64,000 bases of DNA. It comes from an uncultured Poribacteria bacterium. GTDB taxonomy: Bacteria; Poribacteria; WGA-4E; WGA-3G. Location of the stretch: the NCBI GenBank assembly GCA_958296135.2, contig CATQHZ020000001.1, positions 544,001-608,000 on the forward strand, in the 5' to 3' direction. The translations under genes were made by a program, and so were the position numbers. Each line of letters starts with the position of its first letter. Position 1 is the first letter of the stretch. The notes below the pieces were generated by a model. It ran no database searches. It had not been told where the DNA came from and worked only from the letters and a program-made list of their open reading frames with translations. Positions 56,268 through 64,000 of this stretch are shown here, one piece after another.

Positions 56268-57725
56268 TCAAAAGTACGTCTGCTCACCGGCGTAATGCCG
56301 TGCTGCTTTCGGACGCTCATCCACCTGCCACGGTAAATTGACCGGAAGGGCCCCCTCCTCAAAATAGGTATCCGTTATCTGCCAAAATTGCAGGCGTGGA
56401 TACCGCTGTCCGTTATGCTCAATTGCCTTTTCCGCTTCGGCGAGATTGCGCATGCCGCGGGTGATAGGATGCAACGTGATGAAAATCCCGATGGCGGCGT
56501 TTGCATCCTGCATGGCCGTGCGGAAGGCGCGCACCTGATTCAGATTCAGACTCCGCCCCGATTTTACCTCTGCAATCACGGGCAGTCTGGTTTCCGCGCC
56601 GTGTTTTTCCCACAGCACGACTTTCCCGGTGCCGTCAAACCCACCGTCGTTGCTATTCGGCGTTGGCGCGAGCCCCAATCGGGTGACGGCCCAGTTGGCG
56701 AAATCGTGCGGATTTTGCTCAGCGAGGAGGAGCGCGTCCTGATACGTTGTCGGGTAGCCTTCAATGTCGTAATCCACGTTGGGGACAAGCCCGTGACGTT
56801 CGCGAAGCCGCCGTTCCATCGGTTCCAAGGCCAGCACCGTCAGATCGATGCCTACCCAGTTGCGTTTCAGCCCGTGCGCGGCATCTAACGCCGTGCCGCA
56901 CCCACAAAACGGATCGAAGACGATGTCACCCGGATTGGAAGCGGCTTTGATGATGCGTTCCAAGAGCGCGAGCGGCTTTTGCGTCGGGTACCCGAGGCGT
57001 TCTTTGGACATGGAATTCAGAGAGGGCATGACAAGCACGTCGTCAGGCGTTTTCCCTCTTGGCATCTCTTTTCCTGATTGCCCACCCTTGGCGTATCGCC
57101 ACTCAGTCATGCCGCTCTCAAAAGGCGCGAGAATTTCATTGCGGTTGAAAATGTAATCCTTCGGCGATTTGCTATACCAGAGAATGACATCGTGCGCTTT
57201 GGCTAATTTCTGTTTGCCACGAGAAGCGTTCTTGTAATACCAGATAATTTCGTTCTGGAAGTTCGCCGCACCAAAGATAACGTCCAGCATGCATTTCAGA
57301 TAGTGACTGGCGTGCGCATCGCAGTGCAAATAGACGCTACCCTCCGGCCGCAGCAGCCGCCAAATCTCTGCCAAGCGCGGGGCCATGAAGGCGAGATAGG
57401 CGCGCATCGATTCTTCTGCTTTACCCCCCCCCCTTCTTAACCAATAGTTAAAACCTGATAAACAAGCTGATAGATTGTCCATCGTTTCAACGAGTTCGGG
57501 ATGCCGCCCATCGTAGTAAAGGACAGCGTCTTGATTTTGGCGCGCCGCGTCGTCCCATCGCCAGATGTCGTCAAATGCTTTGCGTTGCGCTTTGGAGCCG
57601 GCGAGGAAGATGTTGTAGTTGCGGCCGCTGTTGAAAGGCGGATCGAGATAGCAGGTATGGTAGCGTGCGGTTTGCATCTCGCGCATCACCTGGAGGTTAT
57701 CACCAAAATAGAGTGCGTTTTTCAT
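56268..57725 (-). CDS. N6A/N4C DNA methyltransferase fused to an Mrr-like endonuclease domain
   Basis: LYFGDNL, DPPF, YPTQKP, DPFCGCGT, DGGFDG..EVK. Confidence 0.9.
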   Translation of the reverse strand: MKNALYFGDNLQVMREMQTARYHTCYLDPPFNSGRNYNIFLAGSKAQRKAFDDIWRWDDAARQNQDAVLYYDGRHPELVETMDNLSACLSGFNYWLRRGGGKAEESMRAYLAFMAPRLAEIWRLLRPEGSVYLHCDAHASHYLKCMLDVIFGAANFQNEIIWYYKNASRGKQKLAKAHDVILWYSKSPKDYIFNRNEILAPFESGMTEWRYAKGGQSGKEMPRGKTPDDVLVMPSLNSMSKERLGYPTQKPLALLERIIKAASNPGDIVFDPFCGCGTALDAAHGLKRNWVGIDLTVLALEPMERRLRERHGLVPNVDYDIEGYPTTYQDALLLAEQNPHDFANWAVTRLGLAPTPNSNDGGFDGTGKVVLWEKHGAETRLPVIAEVKSGRSLNLNQVRAFRTAMQDANAAIGIFITLHPITRGMRNLAEAEKAIEHNGQRYPRLQFWQITDTYFEEGALPVNLPWQVDERPKAARHYAGEQTYF

Positions 57726-57731
57726 GAATCT

Positions 57732-58517
57732 TTATCCTGCGGTGTATCCGCCATCGATGGGCAGGGCGATGCCTGTTACAAAAGCGGATTCGTCAGATGC
57801 GAGGTAGAGCGCGCCGTAGGCGATTTCCTCTGGTTTGCCGAGTCGCCGCATGGGATGCTTATCGGCGAGTTTCTGATATTCCGACGGCGTTTTGACAACA
57901 CCGGCCACTAACGGCGTTTCAACGAAGCCGGGGCAGATGCAGTTGACTCGGATGTTGTCTTTCGCGTAATCGAGTGCCATGCCGCGGGTGAGGTTGGTGA
58001 CACCGCCTTTGGAGGCGACATACGCTGCGCGGACATCCCCACCGACAATCCCGTAGATGGAGGACATGTTGATGATGGAGCCGCCGCCGTTCTTCTGCAT
58101 TTCGGGAATTGCGGCCTTGGCGCAGAGATACACCCCGGTCAGGTTGACGGCCAAACAGCGGTGCCAGTCTGCCTCTGCCAATTCGGCGACGGGGAGGCGC
58201 ATGGCAATCCCGGCGTTATTGAACAGAATGTCAAGTTTGCCGTAAGTCCGGACGGTTTCCTGAACTAGCCATTCGGTATCGCGTGCTATTGTGACATCGG
58301 TTGGGATGTCCATTGCTTCGCCGCCGAGGTTGCGGATTTCATCCACGGTCTGGTTGCCGCCGGTGCGATCGATGTCGGCGACGACGATGCTTGCGCCGTG
58401 TTGCGCGAAGAGGATAGCGGTGGCTTTTCCGATGCCGGATGCTGCGCCGGTGATGATGGCGATTTTGTTTTCGAGACGTGCGCTGTTGGAAACCGCGCCT
58501 ACCGGAGTGTATTGCAT
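57732..58517 (-). CDS. Short-chain dehydrogenase/reductase
   Basis: TGAASGIG, NNAG, YVASK, DGG. Confidence 0.95.
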   Translation of the reverse strand: MQYTPVGAVSNSARLENKIAIITGAASGIGKATAILFAQHGASIVVADIDRTGGNQTVDEIRNLGGEAMDIPTDVTIARDTEWLVQETVRTYGKLDILFNNAGIAMRLPVAELAEADWHRCLAVNLTGVYLCAKAAIPEMQKNGGGSIINMSSIYGIVGGDVRAAYVASKGGVTNLTRGMALDYAKDNIRVNCICPGFVETPLVAGVVKTPSEYQKLADKHPMRRLGKPEEIAYGALYLASDESAFVTGIALPIDGGYTAG

Positions 58518-58518
58518 C

Positions 58519-59427
58519 TTACGCTTTTTCCTTCCACGCTGCGGGGTTTACTTCCGGTTCGCCGATGCGGTTTCTCAGGGTGCCGATGTTCTCGATTTCC
58601 AATTCGATTACGTCGCCGGGTTGAATCCACCGGTCGAGCTCCCAGCCGCAGCCCTTACCGACGGTGCCGGAGCCGAGGAAATCACCCGGATAGAGCGTCT
58701 CAGACTGGGAGACGAAGGAGATCATCTCCTCAAACGTGTAATACATATCGGACGTATTTCCGTCCGCCCAGACTTCGCCGTTAACCCTGGCAATCATGCG
58801 GAGATTGTAAGGATTACCGATGTCATCAGGGGTGACGAGGCAAGGCCCCATGATGTTACTATTATCAAAATCTTTGCCTTTCGCGGGGCCGAGTGCGAGC
58901 GTCATGTGTCGGAATTGGATGTCGCGCGCGCTGATGTCGTTATAGATGGTATAGCCGGCGATGTAGTCGGGTGCCGCCTCCACGGAGATGTTTTTCCCGA
59001 TTTTGCCGATGTAGACACCCCACTCTAGTTCAAAATCGAGTTTCTCGGTGTAATTCGGCCAGGTGACGACTGCCTCATGCCCGGCGATGGAGGCGGGACT
59101 GGTGCTGCCGCGGTAATAGTTGGGCAGCTTGAACCATTCGGGTGAGATCTCCTTGCCGGTGATGCGTGCGGCGGCATCCATGTGCGTTTTGAATACGCCG
59201 AAATCCCGCAGGCTTGCCGGTTGCGGAAACGGCGCGAGGAGTTGCACGTCGGCGACAGGAATCCGGTCTGCCGTGCCAAGGCGGGCGCGCCTACCGAGGG
59301 CTGCGATGCGATTTTGGGCGAAGCCTTCGAGCATGCTAGCCGGTTCAAGTGCCACAATGTTATCACCATCAATCCACGCGCCGAGGCGGGGGTTTGTATT
59401 GGGTGTTTTGAACGTAACAAGTTTCAT
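58519..59427 (-). CDS. Fumarylacetoacetate hydrolase-family protein
   Basis: LDFELE, NDISARD, KGKDF, GSGT. Confidence 0.92.
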   Translation of the reverse strand: MKLVTFKTPNTNPRLGAWIDGDNIVALEPASMLEGFAQNRIAALGRRARLGTADRIPVADVQLLAPFPQPASLRDFGVFKTHMDAAARITGKEISPEWFKLPNYYRGSTSPASIAGHEAVVTWPNYTEKLDFELEWGVYIGKIGKNISVEAAPDYIAGYTIYNDISARDIQFRHMTLALGPAKGKDFDNSNIMGPCLVTPDDIGNPYNLRMIARVNGEVWADGNTSDMYYTFEEMISFVSQSETLYPGDFLGSGTVGKGCGWELDRWIQPGDVIELEIENIGTLRNRIGEPEVNPAAWKEKA

Positions 59428-59633
59428 TTTTGTTATTCCTGTGTGTCTGGGTATGGGCGCATTGTCGTGTCAGAAGGAAGCGGGACAGGCCCCACAAATA
59501 TGCATTGGTAATTTTATACCATAGGTGCGTTTAGAAGTCAAATTGGAGCAGGACTTCCAGGACTAACAGGACTAACAGGATTAGGGACACTGGCTCGCTG
59601 AAAGTTGCCTGTTGCTGCTGCGAATTCTGTTTT

Positions 59634-60566
59634 TTATTTCGTTAACGAGAGGAACACCTCTTCTAATGTCATCTCGATGGTGCGCATTTCGAGCAGCTGC
59701 CACCCACGCGCGACGATAGTTTCGGCTACGACTGCCCGGATGTCTGTCTCACTAGCGGCGTGAATATGGAACGTCTCCGCGTCAACTTGCTCAGCGGTAG
59801 TTACGTCAGGAATATCCCTCAAAGTTGCCAAAACTTTATCGGCTGCGGCCCCGGCTATTTCAAGCCGAATGATTTTTTTAGAGGTGTCGTCTCCTTCCAG
59901 AGCAACTGCGCGGCCATCGGATAATGGCACATCGCCGGTGATCTGGCCACGACTGATGATGAGCAGCCGTTCGCACGTTAGGCTCGCCTCGGAGAGGATG
60001 TGCGTGCTGAAAAGGATTGTCCGTTCTCTGCCGAGTGACTTGATCAACTGGCGGATTTCGACGATTTGCCGCGGGTCCAAGCCAGATGTAGGTTCATCGA
60101 GAATTAAGACATCGGGATTGTGGATGAGTGCCTGTGCTAAACCGACGCGCTGCCGATAACCGCGCGAGAGTTGTCCGATAATTTGATGCCGCCGTTCGGT
60201 TAACCCACATGCCTCCACTGCGCTATTTAACCGCTCCTTCCGCTGCCGAGCCTGCACCCCGCGGATTTTCGCCATGTAGGTGAGATATTTAGACACCGTC
60301 ATTTCCGGGTAAAGCGGCACGTTCTCCGGCAGATATCCGATGCGTTTGCGCACCTCTCGCGACTGCTTGAAAACGTCGTAACTTGCGATGGTGACGTGCC
60401 CGCTACTGGCAGGCATGAAGCAGGTGAGGATGCGCATTGTCGTCGTCTTCCCCGCGCCGTTCGGGCCGAGAAACCCGACGACTTGTCCCTTGTCTACCCG
60501 AAACGAGATGTTTTTGAGTGCTTGAAAGGGCCCGTAGTTCTTGCTGAGGTTTTGGACTTCTATCAT
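59634..60566 (-). CDS. ABC-2 transporter ATP-binding protein (GldA-like)
   Basis: GPNGAGKT, LSRGYRQR, ILDEPT. Confidence 0.93.
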   Translation of the reverse strand: MIEVQNLSKNYGPFQALKNISFRVDKGQVVGFLGPNGAGKTTTMRILTCFMPASSGHVTIASYDVFKQSREVRKRIGYLPENVPLYPEMTVSKYLTYMAKIRGVQARQRKERLNSAVEACGLTERRHQIIGQLSRGYRQRVGLAQALIHNPDVLILDEPTSGLDPRQIVEIRQLIKSLGRERTILFSTHILSEASLTCERLLIISRGQITGDVPLSDGRAVALEGDDTSKKIIRLEIAGAAADKVLATLRDIPDVTTAEQVDAETFHIHAASETDIRAVVAETIVARGWQLLEMRTIEMTLEEVFLSLTK

Positions 60567-60673
60567 ATTTTTGGTTGTTTGCGAGGCGTTGGTTTGAAAC
60601 ATCGCGAGGGGCACCCTCGGCGATTCGTGCTCGCCGGGTTTTCCCTCGCGCTACGTTCAAACTTTTGTTTCTA

Positions 60674-61549
60674 CTATCCGCGAAGGATGCTAAAATCCCG
60701 GTCTCGTGGGCGGCCGGAGAGATAGAGATTGTTGTCGGGATTTACCGCTTCGGAGCGGGCGAACGCGTCCGGTATGTCGATTTGCTCGGTGCGGCCCTCA
60801 AATTTATCGGCGGAAACGTAGATTTGCCGATAGGTCATCGGGTAACATACAGGCCCGGCAGTGACGATACACAGAATGCCTTGTTCTCGGAAGATGCGGT
60901 TGAGGTGCAGATGCCCACAGAAGCATGCCAAGATGTTGCGCTCAAACGGTGCGACGATTTCCATGACCTCGGCTGAATTCGCGACTCTCGAACCGATTCC
61001 TTGAAACTCCACTCCTGGAAAAAGGAGTTGATGCGAAAAGATGAAGACTTCTTCGCCGTTGTCCGAGGCGCATTTTAATTCGGATTCTAGCCACGCGAGT
61101 TGCACTGTGCCGATGTAACCGTGCGTCAGGTCTTCCGGTAGTTCCTGCGCGTCCAGCAGGATAAACCGAATCTGCTCATGGACGAAGCTGTGATACGTCC
61201 TGCCGTTGATGCCGAACAACGCGCGATAGGAGGCTTTAGCCCCGGTCTCCGGATCCAAGTCATGATTACCGGGGATGTAGTAACAGGGTGCCTTGAGCCG
61301 TTCGCTGTATCGCTTCGCGCGGTGTAGGGCGTATTCATATTCGTCCGCGGTCATGTCAAAGCTTTTGCCGCCGCAGACGATGTCGCCGCCATGAATGACG
61401 AACGCCGGGTCGAAGGCGTTCAGTTGTTCGATCAGCTGCTGATAGAGTTGGGGGCTCTCTTTCTGCCGTTGCAGCCCGCTGGCGAAGTTTTTCGGTGCAT
61501 TCAGATAGAGATGCGTGTCTGTAATAAATGCAAATTTAAAAAGTGTCAT
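60674..61549 (-). CDS. Calcineurin-like metallophosphoesterase
   Basis: DTH, GD, GNHD, H, GHLH. Confidence 0.9.
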   Translation of the reverse strand: MTLFKFAFITDTHLYLNAPKNFASGLQRQKESPQLYQQLIEQLNAFDPAFVIHGGDIVCGGKSFDMTADEYEYALHRAKRYSERLKAPCYYIPGNHDLDPETGAKASYRALFGINGRTYHSFVHEQIRFILLDAQELPEDLTHGYIGTVQLAWLESELKCASDNGEEVFIFSHQLLFPGVEFQGIGSRVANSAEVMEIVAPFERNILACFCGHLHLNRIFREQGILCIVTAGPVCYPMTYRQIYVSADKFEGRTEQIDIPDAFARSEAVNPDNNLYLSGRPRDRDFSILRG

Positions 61550-61669
61550 TTCGTTTCTCGTTTCTGGGGTGCTGCGTCAAAATGCCCCGGTCTGTCGTTT
61601 GAGATTTCCCGTTCTCAACCCGAACGGAATCAGGCGATTCCGCTCTACGAGGGTGGGGTTCGCGCAGCC

Positions 61670-62407
61670 TTACCCCAATTTTTTTAGAATTACGATGTAG
61701 ACAGGTGCGTCCCCGTCAAGATAGCGTTCAACTTTCCAGCCGGTGCCGTGGAGAATCTCTTCCATCTCTGGTTTTGAGACGAACAGATAGTCAAACCACG
61801 GTGTCGCATACTGCCGGTATCGGACGCGGATGCGGATTTGCCCGCCCATCCGGCCCCGTTCTCGGTTCCACTGATGATAGGCGAGATGGCTCGGATCGGC
61901 TGTCGGATACGGATTCCGTGTTTCTGCGATGATTGTCGCGGTATCCGTTGTCAATGTAGTGAATCGCTTCAACAGCCATCGGGCTCGTTTGAAGTTGCTG
62001 CAAAGCCCGAAATTGCTGCCCATCATGAGGAGCGTGTCAAACGTGCCGAGGTTGGCACTGATGCGTGTAATCGGCATTACCTGTGCGTGCTTGAGCCCGC
62101 GGTGCTGACAGAGCTGGATGGCCATCGGCGAATTGTCGATGCCGAGCACTTCGTGTCCGCGTTCTTGAAGATAGAGGGCATGCCGTCCTGCCCCACTGCC
62201 GATATCCAAAACGCGGCCATTGGCGTATGCCATCGCGCGTTGCTGATGTTGCGGCCAGTCGGGATATTCAGCGAAATAGATTTGCGGATGCACCGGACTC
62301 GCCGTGATGAACCCATCCTCTCGCTCAACGATTTCCAGCGCGTCGGCCTTCCCGTCGTAATAATCGGCGATGAGGTGTCCGTAAGCGTCTTGGTTATCGG
62401 TTAGCAC
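61670..62407 (-). CDS. Class I SAM-dependent methyltransferase
   Basis: VLDIGSGAG, GID, FDTLLM. Confidence 0.88.
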   Translation of the reverse strand: MLTDNQDAYGHLIADYYDGKADALEIVEREDGFITASPVHPQIYFAEYPDWPQHQQRAMAYANGRVLDIGSGAGRHALYLQERGHEVLGIDNSPMAIQLCQHRGLKHAQVMPITRISANLGTFDTLLMMGSNFGLCSNFKRARWLLKRFTTLTTDTATIIAETRNPYPTADPSHLAYHQWNRERGRMGGQIRIRVRYRQYATPWFDYLFVSKPEMEEILHGTGWKVERYLDGDAPVYIVILKKLG

Positions 62408-62416
62408 AGTTTGCTC

Positions 62417-63073
62417 CTAGCCCGTGATTTGCTTTGCGACGATAAACTTCAACAGCTGCACGATCTGTTCCGCCTCCAAGATACCGTGGTAAACCGGTGC
62501 GAATTCAGCCGCGAAGGTTGGTTTTTCGCTCTCCATCTCGCTGACGGTGCCGCGGACGAATGCCCATGTCTCATTGATTGTGTAGCACCCGAAGATTTCT
62601 TGTTCGGCGGCGGAGTCTTGTGCCGAGTTAATCCTGGCGGCGGCGAGCATTTCGCCGTAGAGTTGATAGAGCGGATCCGGTGCGTTCAGGCCACGCTTCG
62701 CCTCATGCACAATGAGATAAGGCGGACGAATTCTCCCGCCGGTAGCAGGAGCAAGGGCCCCATCTACCTCTCCCTCCAACACAAACGCCGGGTAAGCGGC
62801 TTTCAGTGGCACGCCGCTCCACGCGCTGACACGCCCCTGTTCCGCCAGCATCAAGATGGGATAAATCGCGCGGGACCAGAGGGTAGCCTCGTTCATCACA
62901 ACGATGTGACGGTGATGCAGGGTTGATTTGATATCCTCAAGCCGGCGGTGTTCATCGTCAGTGAGAGCTATCTGTCTACTCTGCCACTCCTCCAAAGCAC
63001 CGTCTTCTTCGTCAAGTGTGACGAGTGCATGAATTACCTCTTCCGTAAGTTGTGAGAATGTATATGTGCACAT
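62417..63073 (-). CDS. Hypothetical protein with a PD-(D/E)xK-like motif
   Basis: NE..GEVDG..HEAK..QLYGEM pattern. Confidence 0.6.
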   Translation of the reverse strand: MCTYTFSQLTEEVIHALVTLDEEDGALEEWQSRQIALTDDEHRRLEDIKSTLHHRHIVVMNEATLWSRAIYPILMLAEQGRVSAWSGVPLKAAYPAFVLEGEVDGALAPATGGRIRPPYLIVHEAKRGLNAPDPLYQLYGEMLAAARINSAQDSAAEQEIFGCYTINETWAFVRGTVSEMESEKPTFAAEFAPVYHGILEAEQIVQLLKFIVAKQITG

Positions 63074-63088
63074 TGTTCAGAACCTCCA

Positions 63089-64000
63089 TTACGAGGATTT
63101 GACATACCCCGTCGTGCCGTTGGGATTCACCCATTTCGTCTCCCAATGCGTCTCAATGCCTTCGCGCCACGTTTGCGCTGCTTTCGTTAACTCTGCTGTG
63201 AGTTCCGGATGCACCGATTTCAGATTCTCTGTTTCACCCATGTCGGTTTCCAAGTCGGCGAGATGGACATCGTCTTCGGGCGGCGCGCTTTCTACTAACT
63301 GCCCATTTAGCACCAACTTCCATTTGCCTCTACGAACAGCTGTCTGTTTTCCCATTTCCCAGAAGAGTTCCTCGTGTGGCGTTGACACGTCGTTGGTGTC
63401 CATGGGGGCAACCATGGGGAGGACATCCACCCCATCAAGTTCGTACTCCGCCGCATTTCCGCCTGCGGCGTTCAGGAACGTCGGGAACACGTCCATCGCT
63501 GCGCCGACTTCGCTGCTAACTTGGCCGGCGGGAATTTTTTCGGGCCAGTGCATGATGCCAGGCGAACGGATGCCGCCTTCATAGAGGCTGAATTTATGTC
63601 CTTTCAGTTTACCGGCGGTGCCGCCGTAGTAAGGTTCTTGCGTGCCATCGAGCCAATTTCGGGTTTCCCGCGAGGGCCCGTTATCACTCTGGAAATAGGA
63701 GAAGGTGTTTTCTGCGAGCCCTTGCCGTTCCAATTCTGCAAAGATTTCGCCGATGCTATCGTCAACTGCGCTGAGCATCGCCGCCATTATCTGTCTATCC
63801 CACGGCAGGTTTGGAAACCGGTCGACATATTTCTGCGGCGCGTGCATCGGATAATGCGGCGCGTTGTAAGGCACATAGAGGAAAAACGGTTTGCCGAGTG
63901 CCACCGCCTTGCGGATGTATCGCACCGCATATTCGGTGATGAGTTCTGTGAAGTATTCGCCGTTCCGGTAAATCTCTTCACCGTTTTCCCAGAGATCGTG
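63089..64000 (-). CDS. Arylsulfatase-family protein, 5'-partial
   Basis: Frame open to the window end; PFFLY..NAPHYP, SDNG, K.SLYEGGIR, WKL. Confidence 0.9.
   Translation of the reverse strand, partial: HDLWENGEEIYRNGEYFTELITEYAVRYIRKAVALGKPFFLYVPYNAPHYPMHAPQKYVDRFPNLPWDRQIMAAMLSAVDDSIGEIFAELERQGLAENTFSYFQSDNGPSRETRNWLDGTQEPYYGGTAGKLKGHKFSLYEGGIRSPGIMHWPEKIPAGQVSSEVGAAMDVFPTFLNAAGGNAAEYELDGVDVLPMVAPMDTNDVSTPHEELFWEMGKQTAVRRGKWKLVLNGQLVESAPPEDDVHLADLETDMGETENLKSVHPELTAELTKAAQTWREGIETHWETKWVNPNGTTGYVKSS

Noticed and set aside
59548-59590. 9-bp caggactaa tandem repeat
   Set aside because: Only 3-4 imperfect intergenic copies with no functional clue.

Overview
Gene-dense, GC-rich bacterial window. 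The content points to a Candidatus Poribacteria-like (sponge-symbiont type) genome; this is inference from four PhyH-family dioxygenases, internalin-type LRR proteins with dockerin and 'LLPNYPNPFNPETWIPY' C-terminal domains, LamG/CBM proteins with a 'WGRLK' tail, and a sulfatase. Housekeeping genes are ftsH, folP, acpS, yigZ, mqnD, a DinG helicase and a DegP protease. Accessory content includes a non-autonomous IS607-type tnpB element with readable ends, two paralogous DNA methyltransferase/Mrr-like fusions (one bracketed by two copies of an unknown ~90-nt structured repeat, the other carrying a coding G10 tract), an AAA ATPase + DUF4276 pair, and a beta/gamma-crystallin protein next to a giant flotillin whose coiled coil is expanded by 264-bp repeats. 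GTAG-type REP palindromes are abundant: they form arrays, nest inside one another, supply stop codons and sit in-frame inside at least six proteins. No CRISPR array, rRNA, tRNA or reverse transcriptase was recognised. All family calls come from motif reading, not database searches.
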